Source: Chthoniobacteraceae bacterium (GTDB lineage Bacteria > Verrucomicrobiota > Verrucomicrobiia > Chthoniobacterales > Chthoniobacteraceae). From it: a DNA stretch of 23,502 nucleotides. The notes beneath the pieces are model-generated. The model was not told where the DNA came from. It ran no database searches and saw nothing but the letters and a program-made list of their open reading frames with translations. This document shows positions 6,560 to 15,967 of the stretch, piece by piece (position 1 is the stretch's first letter; each line of letters begins with the position of its first letter). The position numbers were made by a program, and so were the translations under genes. The DNA is taken from assembly GCA_031409335.1 (NCBI GenBank), contig JANNWY010000319.1:1-23502 (forward strand), read 5' to 3'.

Positions 6560-6907
6560 TCACGCGCGGCATCCTTCCCGAAACTGGCTCGGACTCATGC
6601 CCGTCGCGCGACGGAAGAAATGGCTGAAGTAGAACTCGCTGGAGAAGTTCAACCGCTCGGCAACCTGTTTGATCGAGAGCCTCCGGTCCCCGAGAAGCTG
6701 CCATACGTGGTCCAGTCGTGTCCGCTGGAGAAACGCATGCAGCGTCTGCCGCTGCGTCGCACGGAACTGCTCCCGCAACCGCGAGTAACTCACACCCGCC
6801 AGCGCCGCGAGTTCGCGCGCCTTCAACTCCGCCTCGATCGCGGCAGGAGAAAGTGAGGAGGCAAAGTGAAGCGCGATGAGAAAACAGAGCAGACGAGGTG
6901 AAGCCAT
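6560..6907 (-). pseudogene. AraC-family HTH domain only, preceded by an unrelated signal-peptide-like N-terminus
   Basis: ELAALAGVSYSRLREQFR...RL...QLL.D.RLSIKQVAERLNFSSEFYFSHFFRRATGMSPSQFR. No effector domain; N-terminus is MASPRLLCFLIALHFASSLSPAA. Confidence 0.75.
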
Positions 6908-7013
6908 GCCGCTGATGGCGCGGCGCGGCGGGACTTGGTTACAGCCTTTTGATGCGACGCGGTTGTCTTCTGCGGATTCTTGCGGCGTTCGACTTGCTCA
7001 CGCTCGGGCTGGA

Positions 7014-7323
7014 AGGGTGGAGGCGATGAAGGCCCGCCTGTTTGCCCGGCTTCGCGGGCATTTCCAGCGGCGCGACCGGCTGCGGCTGGTCATCGGCTAT
7101 CGGCGGAAGTATCTGGAATCGCTCGTGCGGCAGGGCGAAGAAGAATCCTGGAGGATTGCGCAGGAATACCGGCAGGCGAACGCGCATTGTGATCGAGAAA
7201 ATACGGAGACGGCGGCGGCACGGGCGGAGAAGCAGGAAGTTTCTGCCGAGGAAGCCGCTTCACCTCGACCGCTTCGCGTACGAGCCCGAGAAGCAGGAGA
7301 CTCATCACAAGCTGACCGCGGCG
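7014..7323 (+). pseudogene. Frameshifted internal fragment of a coiled-coil protein with a J-domain-like (HPD) segment
   Basis: Helical charged RVEAMKARLFARLRGHFQRRDRLRLVIGYRRKYLESLVRQGEEE...SAEE, then in another frame LHLDRFAYEPEKQETHHKLTAA (HLD at 7261-7269, HPD-like). No clear start or end. Confidence 0.4.
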
Positions 7324-7361
7324 AGTGGCGAGGGGGCCGAAAATCCGGAATTCGCCGGACT

Positions 7362-7421
7362 TGTGGTTACTTCTGTTGTTCCCTTTCGCCTCTCGCGTCG
7401 CAAACCCCTGATAATCAGGGG
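7362..7421. other. Putative att-site accessory sequences next to the tRNA 3' end
   Basis: Perfect inverted repeat cccctgat-a-atcagggg (7405-7421) 2 nt from the tRNA end. Tandem tgtggttac/tgttgttcc (7362-7370, 7374-7382) resemble integrase arm-type sites. Confidence 0.45.
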
Positions 7422-7423
7422 AG

Positions 7424-7508
7424 CGGATGGGGGGGGATTCGAACCCCCGTTACCTTTCGGTAAACACGCTTTCCAGGCGTGCGCGATCGACCGCTCTGCC
7501 ACCCATCC
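7424..7508 (-). tRNA. tRNA-Ser (anticodon GGA), CCA not encoded
   Basis: GGATGGG/CCCATCC acceptor stem with G discriminator, D arm TGGCAGAGCGGTCGATCGCG, anticodon arm CACGC-CTGGAAA-GCGTG, long variable arm TTACC-GAAA-GGTAA, T arm GGGGG-TTCGAAT-CCCCC. Confidence 0.97.
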
Positions 7509-7790
7509 TATTATGCTGCAAGTCCCGCCGGAACGGGAGCGGCACTACAATGGCAATTCCCCGATGGCGCAAGCGCGATATGCGGATGCCATATTTCGTG
7601 AGTTCACGGGGTGGGAAGGGGAGCGGAATCGCCGGGGTCTGGAAACGCGGTTACGGATACTTTTGGAACTCTGCGATTGATCTCCGAGGCCATGAAAAAG
7701 GCCGCTCATGTTTGCACAAACACACGCTAACAATCCTCGCGCTGCTGTGATTGAGTGAACGCGAGCCGCATGACGCGGCTCTTTTTTTCA

Positions 7791-8780
7791 ATGACCTCCG
7801 AACTCGAAGACCTCCAGGAACAAATCGCCGCGATGCACCCGTTCATCGATGGCATCGAAGCGGAAATTTCCCGCGCCATCGTGGGCCAGCGCTACCTCGT
7901 GGAGCGTCTGCTCATCGGGCTGCTTGCGAACGGACACGTGCTGCTCGAAGGCGTCCCTGGCCTGGCGAAAACGGCGACGATCAGCGCGCTGGCGCAGTGC
8001 ATTCACACCAAGTTTGCGCGCATCCAATTCACCCCCGATCTGCTGCCGAGCGATCTTGTCGGCAACTTGATTTACAATCCGCGCGAAGGCACTTACTCGA
8101 CAAAGAAGGGGCCGATATTCGCGAACCTGATCCTTGCAGATGAAATCAATCGCGCGCCCGCAAAAGTGCAGAGCGCGCTGCTCGAAGCGATGCAGGAGCG
8201 GCAGGTGACGATCGGCGACGAAACCTTTCCGCTGCCGGTGCCGTTCCTCGTGCTCGCGACACAAAATCCGATCGATCAGGAAGGCACGTATTCACTGCCC
8301 GAGGCGCAGGTCGATCGGTTCATGCTGAAGGTCGTGGTCGGTTATCCGAGCGAGGACGAGGAGAAGCTGATCATGCAACTCATGGCACGCACGGCGACGC
8401 GCGAGCCTTTGCGGGCGGTGATTCAGCCGGAGACGATTTTGGAAATGCGCGCGCTGGTCGATCAAGTCCACGTCGATGAGCAGATCGAGGATTACATCGT
8501 GCGCCTCGTTTTCGCGACGCGCGAGCCGGCGCGTTTTGTGCCGAAAATGGCGGGCATGATTCGCTTCGGCGCGTCGCCGCGCGGGTCGATCAATCTCGCG
8601 CTCGCGGCAAAGGCGCACGCCTTTCTGCAAGGGCGCGCCCACGTCACGCCGCAGGATGTGAAAAGCATCGCGCTCGACGTGCTGCGCCATCGCGTCATCA
8701 CGACGTTCGAGGCGGAGGCGGATGAGGTGACGACGGAAAAAATCGTCGCGCACATTTTGGATAAGGTGCCGGTGCCGTAG
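7791..8780 (+). CDS. moxR: MoxR-family AAA+ ATPase
   Basis: GHVLLEGVPGLAKT (Walker A), RIQFTPDLLPSD, LADEINRAPAKVQSALLEAMQERQVT, ATQNPIDQEGTYSLPEAQVDRF, GASPR. Start taken at ATG 7791. Confidence 0.95.
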   Translation: MTSELEDLQEQIAAMHPFIDGIEAEISRAIVGQRYLVERLLIGLLANGHVLLEGVPGLAKTATISALAQCIHTKFARIQFTPDLLPSDLVGNLIYNPREGTYSTKKGPIFANLILADEINRAPAKVQSALLEAMQERQVTIGDETFPLPVPFLVLATQNPIDQEGTYSLPEAQVDRFMLKVVVGYPSEDEEKLIMQLMARTATREPLRAVIQPETILEMRALVDQVHVDEQIEDYIVRLVFATREPARFVPKMAGMIRFGASPRGSINLALAAKAHAFLQGRAHVTPQDVKSIALDVLRHRVITTFEAEADEVTTEKIVAHILDKVPVP

Positions 8781-8795
8781 GCTGCAAAGCGCCGC

Positions 8796-9677
8796 ATGAT
8801 TCCGAAGGAGTGGCTGAAGAAGATTCGCCAGATCGAGCTGCGCACGGTGCGGCTCGTGGAGAATTTGATGGCCGGCCAATACCACTCGGTTTTCAAGGGG
8901 CGCGGGATGGATTTCGACGAGGTGCGCGAGTATCAGCCAGGGGATGAGGTGCGGCGGATCGACTGGAATGTGACGGCGCGGACGGGCATCACGCACATCA
9001 AGAAATACATCGAGGAGCGCGAGATGACGGTGATGATTTTGGTGGATGCGAGCGCTTCTTCGGCGACCGGTTCGGTGCGCCAGAGCAAACGTGAAATGGC
9101 CGCGGAATTGGCCGCGGTGCTGGCTTTTAGCGCGATCCGCAACAATGACAAAGTCGGCGCGCTGCTCTTCACCGATGGCGCGGAGAAATACATCCGACCG
9201 GGAAAAGGGCGGATGCATGTGCTGCGGCTGATCAGCGATGTGCTGTCGTACGAACCGGCGCGGCGCGGCACGAATATCGAGCGGGCGCTTCAGCACATTC
9301 ATCGCGCGCATTCGCGGCGGGCGGTGATTTTTGTGCTCTCGGATTTCATGGATGATGGCTATGAGCGCGCGCTGAAAATCACGAGTCGGAAACATGATGT
9401 GATCGCGGTGCCGATCGTGGATGGGAGCGAACTCGCGCTGCCGGATCTTGGATGGATTGCGTTCGAGGATTCGGAATCGGGCGAGGTGCTGGAGGTGAAC
9501 ACTTCGGACCCGAAGGCCCAGGAATCCTTCGCGACGGTCGCCACGCATCGCGTCGCGCGGCTTCGGCAGACATTTCGCAAGACCGGGCTGGATACGATCG
9601 AGGTGCAAACCGACCTGCCGTATCTCAAGGCGCTGATGCAGTTTTTCGACAACCGCAACCGGAGGCTGCATCCGTGA
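8796..9677 (+). CDS. DUF58 domain protein (MoxR-associated)
   Basis: GQYHSVFKGRGMDFDEVREYQPGDEVRRIDWNVTAR, EEREMTV.ILVDAS.S, NNDKVG, VLSDF. Confidence 0.93.
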   Translation: MIPKEWLKKIRQIELRTVRLVENLMAGQYHSVFKGRGMDFDEVREYQPGDEVRRIDWNVTARTGITHIKKYIEEREMTVMILVDASASSATGSVRQSKREMAAELAAVLAFSAIRNNDKVGALLFTDGAEKYIRPGKGRMHVLRLISDVLSYEPARRGTNIERALQHIHRAHSRRAVIFVLSDFMDDGYERALKITSRKHDVIAVPIVDGSELALPDLGWIAFEDSESGEVLEVNTSDPKAQESFATVATHRVARLRQTFRKTGLDTIEVQTDLPYLKALMQFFDNRNRRLHP

Positions 9678-9697
9678 TGGGCCTTTTTCCGTGACGC

Positions 9698-10210
9698 ATG
9701 AATCCGCCGACTGAACTCATCGACGATCTGCGACTGCTCGAAGCGCCGGAGCCATTCCATCTGCCGTACTGGCCCGTCTTCGTGAGCCTCGTCGCGATCG
9801 TGCTCATCGGGTGGATCATCCGAGCGCGGCGCGCGAACAACGCTGCGCAGTCCGGCGCGGACGCGCTGCGGGAGGCGCACGCGAATGCGCTCGCGGAACT
9901 GGAGCGGCTCTTCGCGCTGATCGACTCCGAGCAGTCGCGGCCATACGCGATCGAGAGTTCCGCGATCATCCGGCGGTATATCGAAGTGCGTTTCGATCTC
10001 GCCGCACCCAAACGTTCGACCGAGGAGTTTCTCACCGAGGCGCAGCACTCGCCAAAGCTCGCGCCCGAATACCAAACGCTGCTCGCCGACTTTCTCCAGT
10101 GCTGCGACTTGCTGAAATTCGCGCGCACTTTTGCCGACCGGAATGAACTCGTGCGACTGCACGATTCCGCGATCCATTTCGTGAAAGAAGCCGCGCCAGA
10201 ACGAGGATGA
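9698..10210 (+). CDS. Small single-TM membrane protein of the MoxR/Bat operon (DUF4381-like)
   Basis: N-terminal TM segment WPVFVSLVAIVLIGWII, then S.IIRRYIE.RF...A...STEEFL...FL..CDL.KFA. ATGA overlap with the next gene. Confidence 0.75.
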   Translation: MNPPTELIDDLRLLEAPEPFHLPYWPVFVSLVAIVLIGWIIRARRANNAAQSGADALREAHANALAELERLFALIDSEQSRPYAIESSAIIRRYIEVRFDLAAPKRSTEEFLTEAQHSPKLAPEYQTLLADFLQCCDLLKFARTFADRNELVRLHDSAIHFVKEAAPERG

Positions 10211-11178
10211 ACGACTGGATTTACCAGCTCGACACCTTCCGCTTTGCCTCGCCGTGGTGGCTGCTCGCACTCCTGCTCATCCCGCTCGCGATGTGGCTGG
10301 TCGGTCGCGTCGGGAATGTTTCGGCGGTGCAATATTCTTCCGGCGCGCTGCTCCACGCGGCGGCGCGGAAGTCGCGGTTTTCGCCCGGTCGTTATCGTCC
10401 GCTGCTGCGCCATCTCGCGCTGAGTTCTCTCATCATCGCGCTCGCGCGTCCGCAGGTGGACAAAGGACTCATGGATCGCGAAGCGCTCGGGATCAACATC
10501 ATGTTCGTCCTCGATTTTTCGAGCACGATGAAGACGAAAGACTTCCTGCTGGAAGGCAAACGCGTGAGCCGTGTCGATGCGATGAAGCGGATGGTGAGCG
10601 AGTTCATCAAGGCGCGTGAATCGGACCGCATCGGCGCGGTGTATTTCGACATCGGCGCGCATCTCATCTCGCCGCTCACGCTCGATCACGAGTGGCTGCT
10701 CGCGCAGGTCGCGGACGCGGAGGCGAATCGCGGCACGGCTCCGGGCTCGGGAATGCTGATCGCGGCGGAGGCGCTGCTGCCGGCGAAGGATCAGACGAAA
10801 GTCATCATCACCGTGACGGATGCGGATCAGGTGAATGAAGGCGCGGAGCCGTTGGAAGTTGCGAAGGTGCTCGCGCCGCTCGGGATCAAAAATCACATCA
10901 TCCAGATCGTGGACTACACGCAGATGCAGCAATCCACGGCGAGCGGGCAGATGCTGGCGGAAGTCGCGCGGACGACGGGCGGACAGTTTTTCAAAGTGTC
11001 CGACTACGCTGCGCTGAAGACGGTTTACCGGCAGATCGACACGCTGGAAAAGTCGGCCTTCAAGGAGAACAAACAGCGGAGCTGGCGCGAGATGATGGCG
11101 TGGTTCGCGTTCCCCGGCGGAGCGCTGCTGCTGCTGGAGCTGGTGTTCGGGCAAACTGTGTGGAGGCGGCTGCCGTGA
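10207..11178 (+). CDS. batA: BatA-like VWA-domain membrane protein
   Basis: FASPWWLLALLLIP N-terminus, IALARPQ, MIDAS-like VLDFSSTM, DRIG.V.F, SPLTLDH, TGGQFF, YRQIDTLEKS, C-terminal TM ending WRRLP. Confidence 0.85.
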   Translation: MNDWIYQLDTFRFASPWWLLALLLIPLAMWLVGRVGNVSAVQYSSGALLHAAARKSRFSPGRYRPLLRHLALSSLIIALARPQVDKGLMDREALGINIMFVLDFSSTMKTKDFLLEGKRVSRVDAMKRMVSEFIKARESDRIGAVYFDIGAHLISPLTLDHEWLLAQVADAEANRGTAPGSGMLIAAEALLPAKDQTKVIITVTDADQVNEGAEPLEVAKVLAPLGIKNHIIQIVDYTQMQQSTASGQMLAEVARTTGGQFFKVSDYAALKTVYRQIDTLEKSAFKENKQRSWREMMAWFAFPGGALLLLELVFGQTVWRRLP

Positions 11179-12194
11179 AGTTTGCATTTCCTCTCATCGC
11201 GTGGGCGATCCTCCTCGTCGCGCCGCTTAGTGTCGCGCTGTATTGGTGGGCGTCGAAACGTTCGCGCAAGCGGCTTGCGGGCGTGATTGCGCCCCGGCTG
11301 GTGGATCAGCTTTTGCGCTCGGTGGATTTTCGGAAGCGCAAATTGAAGGCCGCGGTTTTCACGCTCGGCGTCTGCGCCTTACTATTCGCGATTGCACGAC
11401 CGCAGTTCGGATTTGAGCCAGCGGAGGTGGAGCGTTCGTCGGTCGATTTCATCATCGCGCTCGATCTTTCCCGCTCAATGAACGCGGAGGACATGGACGG
11501 AAAAACGCGGCTCGCGGCGGCGAAGGAAGCGATCGTGGAATTGCTCGATCGGCTCGGCGCGGATCGCGTCGGGCTGGTCGGGTTTGCGGGTGAGGCGTTT
11601 CTCGCGGCGCCGGTCACGCAGGATCACGCGGCGGTGCGGCGGAATCTGGAGGCGCTGGATACGAATGCCGTCGCGAAGCCGGGCAGCGACATGGCGAAGG
11701 CGATCGCGCTGGCGCAGAAAACTTTTGAGAACGGGAAGTATGAGAGCAAGGCGCTGATCGTGATCACGGACGGCGAGGAATTGCAGGGCGATGCTGTCGT
11801 CGCGGCGCGTGAAGCTGCCATGAAAGGAATGAACGTGTATGCGATCGGCGTTGGCACGGCGTCGGGCGCGCGCGTGCCGGTGAAAACGGGAAGCGCGCTC
11901 AATTTCGCGCGGAATGAATTTGGCAACGAAGTCGTGTCACGGCTGAACGAGCGTGTGCTGAGGCAGGTCGCGGCGAGCGGGCGCGGGATTTACGAAGCGC
12001 TCGGGAAAGACGGCGAAGGGCTGAAGACGATTCGCAAGAAGGGGCTCGATCCGCTGAAGAAGAGCAAGATGACGCGCGCCTCGAAAGATCCGCGCGAGCT
12101 TTTCCAATGGCCGCTCGCCCTCGCGGTCGTGCTGCTTTTGAGCGAGATGCTCGTGAACGAGCGCCGCAGAGCGCGCAAGGCGGATGCTTACTGA
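11175..12194 (+). CDS. batB: BatB-like VWA-domain membrane protein
   Basis: GTG start overlapping the batA stop; AIARPQFG, ALDLSRSMNAED, DRVGLVGFAGEAF..AP.T.D, ITDGE, IGVGT..G, VVSRLNE..L, FQWPLALA. Confidence 0.85.
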   Translation: MKFAFPLIAWAILLVAPLSVALYWWASKRSRKRLAGVIAPRLVDQLLRSVDFRKRKLKAAVFTLGVCALLFAIARPQFGFEPAEVERSSVDFIIALDLSRSMNAEDMDGKTRLAAAKEAIVELLDRLGADRVGLVGFAGEAFLAAPVTQDHAAVRRNLEALDTNAVAKPGSDMAKAIALAQKTFENGKYESKALIVITDGEELQGDAVVAAREAAMKGMNVYAIGVGTASGARVPVKTGSALNFARNEFGNEVVSRLNERVLRQVAASGRGIYEALGKDGEGLKTIRKKGLDPLKKSKMTRASKDPRELFQWPLALAVVLLLSEMLVNERRRARKADAY

Positions 12195-13021
12195 AAGCTG
12201 ATCTTCACCGGATTCGTCGTCTCGACTTTCATTCCGGGGATTGTTTTCAGGAATGCTTTCGCTTCCGCCGAGTTCGGATCCTTGATCTTCGTCATCGCCT
12301 TCATCTTGGTGGGATCGGCGAGGATTTTGTTGAAGTCCACGTCGAGCATCGTGACGCGCGAACCTTCGACGTTCGCCGCATTCGTCTTCGCGATTTTGCC
12401 GACGACTTCCACCGACAGCGTCATGCGCATGTCTTTGAACATCTGCTGCATCATCGGCAGCATCGCTTCGTTCATCGCGTCCTGCGTGGCGTCCGCCGCG
12501 GCTTCCTCCTTGGACTTGGCGTCCACGGCTTTCATTGCCGGAGTGGTCACGGTGAGTTCGCTGGTCTTGCCTTTGGTGAGAGCGAATGTCACCGGCTCGC
12601 TTTCGCCCTTGGCGTTTAGCTTCATCGCGCCGCCGCCGCCAATATCCGGCGGATTCGTGCTCAACTTGAGCTTGTTGACGTCCGTGAATGCGTAGATCGC
12701 CGTGTAGCCCTCGCGATCCTTGTCGGTGATCTTTTTCGCGGAGACGAAGGTGACGCCCTCGCCCATTTTCTTCGCCTCCTCTTTCAGCTTCGCCTCGTCG
12801 AGCAATTCAAATCCTTTCGCCTTGTCCCCCGCGCCGCCGGCCGCATCCCCAAAGCCGGACGCCATCGCCTTCATCTGCGTGATCATCGCCGAGCCCATCG
12901 TGATGGTCTCGGTGATCGTGCCCGAGCCGTCCAGCTTCACCTGCACGTTTTTGTCGATTTGAAAACAGCCCGAGAAAGACAGGGCGGTGATGAGCGCGAG
13001 GGCAAGGGGACGAAGTTTCAT
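12188..13021 (-). CDS. Putative lipoprotein (LppM/DUF3153-like N-terminus)
   Basis: MKLRPLALALITALSFSG|C lipobox followed by FQIDKNVQVKLDGSGTITET. Convergent 7-bp overlap with batB. Confidence 0.75.
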   Translation of the reverse strand: MKLRPLALALITALSFSGCFQIDKNVQVKLDGSGTITETITMGSAMITQMKAMASGFGDAAGGAGDKAKGFELLDEAKLKEEAKKMGEGVTFVSAKKITDKDREGYTAIYAFTDVNKLKLSTNPPDIGGGGAMKLNAKGESEPVTFALTKGKTSELTVTTPAMKAVDAKSKEEAAADATQDAMNEAMLPMMQQMFKDMRMTLSVEVVGKIAKTNAANVEGSRVTMLDVDFNKILADPTKMKAMTKIKDPNSAEAKAFLKTIPGMKVETTNPVKISFQ

Positions 13022-13086
13022 GGCCGGGAAGGTGGCCAAGACTTTGGCGCGCGTGAAGGACAAAGATTCCGAACGCTGCCGCCAGG

Positions 13087-14463
13087 TTATTCGTTGTAGG
13101 CGCTTTCGCCGTGCTCGCTCACATCGAGGCCGCTGTGCTCGGCTTCGGCATCAACGCGCAGGCCGATGGTGGCATTGATGAGTTTCAACAGAATGAACGT
13201 GACGAGCATCGAGAAGATCGCGGTGAAGGCGACGGCGATGGCCTGATTCAGGAACTGCGCGGAGCCGCCGGCCAGCGAGATCACCTCGCCGCCTTTTTTG
13301 AACGTGCTCGCGATCGCCGGATTCACTTCGGCGTTTGCGAGGAAGCCGAGTAGCAGCATCCCGATGACGCTGCCCGCGCAGTGGACGCCGAAGACATCCA
13401 GCGAGTCGTCGTAACCGCACGCGGCCTTTAGTTTGGTAACACAAAGGTAGCAGCCGACCCCGCCGCAGAGACCGATGATCAACGCGCCGCCCACGCTCAC
13501 GAAGCCCGATGCGGGCGTGATCGTCGCCAGGCCCGCGACCATCCCCGATGCCGCGCCGAGGACGCTGGGTTTGCCGCGACCGAGCCATTCCATGCTCGCC
13601 CAAGCGAGACCGCCCGCCGCGCCCGCGAAATGCGTCGCCGCGAATGCGCTCGTCGCAAGCGTGCCGGCATTCAGCGCAGAGCCAGCATTGAAGCCGAACC
13701 AGCCAACCCACAGCAGGCCAGCGCCGATCAGCGAGAGCACGACACTGTGCGGGAGCATGGGCTCGCGGGGAAAACCCTTGCGCGGCCCGAGCACGAGCGC
13801 GCACACCAGCGCCGCCGCCCCGGAGCTGATGTGGACGACGGTGCCGCCGGCAAAATCGAGCACGGGAATGCTGCCGCCGAGCGCCCAATTGAACCACCCG
13901 CCTTTCCCCCAAACCATGTGGGCGAGCGGGAAATAAACGATCGTGACCCAGCCGAGGACGAGCGCGAGGAAGGCGCTGAATTTCATCCGCTCCGCGAATG
14001 CGCCGGTGATGAGCGCGGGCGTGATGATCGCGAACATCATCTGGTAAAGCATGAAAGTCTGGTGCGGGATCGTCGCGGCGTAGTCGGCATTCGGCGCGCC
14101 GCCGACGCCTTTGAGCAGCGCGTATTGCGTGAACGATCCGAAGAACGCATTGCCCTCGCCGAAGCTGACGCTGTAGCCGTAGAAGAACCACAGGATCGAG
14201 ACGAACGACATCAGGAACATCGACTGCATCATGGTCGCGAGGACGTTCTTGCTGCGGACGAGGCCGCCGTAAAAAAGCGCGAGTCCGGGGCCGGTCATCA
14301 TCAGGACGAGCGCGGTGCTCGCGAGCATCCAGGCGTTGTCGCCAGTGTCGATTTTCGGGGCGGCAGCCGCCGCTTCTTGCGCGAAAGCGGCGGGCGCGGA
14401 GGCGAGCAGACAGCAGGGGAAAAGCGCAGGAATGCCCCAGTTGCGGGGAGGATGGAATTTCAT
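13087..14463 (-). CDS. amtB: Ammonium transporter
   Basis: DTGDNAWML.STALVLMMTGPGLALFYGGLVRSKN, FAIITPALITGAFAER, HMVWG, DFAGGTVVHISSG, WFGFNAGS, DDSLDVFGVH, GLDVSEHGESAY. N-terminal signal peptide. Confidence 0.97.
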   Translation of the reverse strand: MKFHPPRNWGIPALFPCCLLASAPAAFAQEAAAAAPKIDTGDNAWMLASTALVLMMTGPGLALFYGGLVRSKNVLATMMQSMFLMSFVSILWFFYGYSVSFGEGNAFFGSFTQYALLKGVGGAPNADYAATIPHQTFMLYQMMFAIITPALITGAFAERMKFSAFLALVLGWVTIVYFPLAHMVWGKGGWFNWALGGSIPVLDFAGGTVVHISSGAAALVCALVLGPRKGFPREPMLPHSVVLSLIGAGLLWVGWFGFNAGSALNAGTLATSAFAATHFAGAAGGLAWASMEWLGRGKPSVLGAASGMVAGLATITPASGFVSVGGALIIGLCGGVGCYLCVTKLKAACGYDDSLDVFGVHCAGSVIGMLLLGFLANAEVNPAIASTFKKGGEVISLAGGSAQFLNQAIAVAFTAIFSMLVTFILLKLINATIGLRVDAEAEHSGLDVSEHGESAYNE

Positions 14464-14656
14464 AAGCGGAAGGGAGTGGCGCTTCGGCCGGGGGCGGCGA
14501 AGCGGCCAAAGGCAAACGGACTGCGCCGCGGATGGAAAGCGGAATCGCCACTTTCAATCGCACTCCTGGGCAAGCGGAAATGATGCGGGCGAGGTTGCTG
14601 CGGATGGGGCTTGCCGACGTATCGGCTGTCACGGATAAGCTGCGCGGTTTCCAATC

Positions 14657-15967
14657 ATGAGTTCGTTTCAGCAGACCCTCGCAAAAAGCGCCAGCATCAG
14701 CGGTTCCTCGCTTCACACGGGGGAACAGGTGACGCTGACGGTGCGGCCTGCGCCGCCGGGTCACGGCCGGAAATTCAAGCGCAACGACCTGACGGACGGG
14801 CCGACGATCGACGCGGACATCGCGCATGTGAAGACGGTGGAGCGGGCGACGACGATCGTGGATGGCGCGGTGAAAGTGCATACGGCCGAGCATGTGCTGT
14901 CGGCGCTCGCGGGCATGGGTGTGGATAATGCGCTGATCGAGATGGATGCGAGCGAGCCGCCGATCGGCGATGGAAGCGCGCAGCCGTATGTGGAATTGAT
15001 CAAGAAGGCGGGCGTGGTGGAGCAGGGAATTCCGCGGCGGGTTTATGCGGTGACGGAGCCGATTCATCTGGAAACGAAAAGCGGCTCGCTGATGACAGTC
15101 GTGCCGGATTCGGGCTTTCGCATTTCGTGTGTGCAAGTCGGGCCGGGCGGGAGTTTCACGCAATATCTCTCGGTCGAAATCACGCCGGAAAACTACGAGA
15201 AGCTGATCGCTCCGGCGCGGACGTTCGTTTTTTATGAGGACGTGAAACCGCTGATGGACAAGGGGCTGATCCGCGGCGGGAGTTTGGAGAATGCGGTGGT
15301 CGTGCGCGGCGATTCCGTGCTCAGCAAGGAGCCGCTGCGCTTCAAGGATGAATTCGTGCGGCACAAGATTCTGGACATCGTCGGCGATCTCGCGCTGTTC
15401 GATCGCGCGATCCGCGGGCATGTGATCGCGGTGAAGCCGGGGCACGGGCCGAACACGGAACTGGCGACCGCGATTTCCAAACAATGCGCGAAGGTGATGG
15501 CGCTGGTGCCGCCGAGCATGACGCCAAAAGGCGGCGAGGTGATGGATGTGAACGATGTGATGAAGCTGCTCCCGCACCGGTTCCCCTTTCTGATGGTGGA
15601 TCGCATCGTGGTGATCGACGGCGATACGAAATGCACGGGGATGAAATCGGTGACGATGAACGAGCATTATTTCCAAGGCCACTTTCCGGGGCATCCGGTG
15701 ATGCCGGGCGTGCTGCAACTGGAGGCGATGGCGCAGGTCGGCAGCGTGCTGCTGCTGCGCAAGCCGGGATACGCGGGCAAGATTGGCTATTTCATGAGCG
15801 CGGATTCCGTGAAATTTCGCAAGCCTGTGGTGCCGGGCGATACGCTTTTCATTGAGGTGGAGATGACGCAAAACAAGCGCGCGCTGGCGAAGGTGAAAGG
15901 GCGCTGCATCGTCAACAATGAGGTCGTCTCCGAGGCGGAAATGCTCTTCGGAGTCGTGGACGCGTGA
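14657..15967 (+). CDS. lpxC-fabZ: Bifunctional UDP-3-O-acyl-GlcNAc deacetylase / 3-hydroxyacyl-ACP dehydratase
   Basis: LpxC: QQTL..G..LHTG, HTAEHVLSAL.G.GVDN, EPPIGDGSA, IAPARTF, GGSLENA, DEFVRHKILD. FabZ: LPHRFPFLMVDRI, FQGHFPGHPVMPGVLQLEAMAQ, KFRKPVVPGD. Confidence 0.96.
   Translation: MSSFQQTLAKSASISGSSLHTGEQVTLTVRPAPPGHGRKFKRNDLTDGPTIDADIAHVKTVERATTIVDGAVKVHTAEHVLSALAGMGVDNALIEMDASEPPIGDGSAQPYVELIKKAGVVEQGIPRRVYAVTEPIHLETKSGSLMTVVPDSGFRISCVQVGPGGSFTQYLSVEITPENYEKLIAPARTFVFYEDVKPLMDKGLIRGGSLENAVVVRGDSVLSKEPLRFKDEFVRHKILDIVGDLALFDRAIRGHVIAVKPGHGPNTELATAISKQCAKVMALVPPSMTPKGGEVMDVNDVMKLLPHRFPFLMVDRIVVIDGDTKCTGMKSVTMNEHYFQGHFPGHPVMPGVLQLEAMAQVGSVLLLRKPGYAGKIGYFMSADSVKFRKPVVPGDTLFIEVEMTQNKRALAKVKGRCIVNNEVVSEAEMLFGVVDA

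Larger units (their letters stand above)
1..7423. mobile_element. Degenerate genomic/defence island abutting the 3' end of tRNA-Ser; other boundary and integrase not in window
   Basis: R-M genes, rhuM, an IS end and several pseudogene or chimeric fragments lie immediately 3' of the minus-strand tRNA, while intact housekeeping genes lie on its other side. No integrase or second att copy seen. Confidence 0.7.

Noticed and set aside
14464..14656. Sigma-54 promoter or riboswitch upstream of amtB
   Set aside because: No convincing TGGCAC-N5-TTGC-like match or recognisable RNA motif found by eye.
14657..15967. LpxC-FabZ fusion as a novelty
   Set aside because: Established fusion in Bacteroidota, Chlorobi and Verrucomicrobia; useful only as a taxonomic hint.
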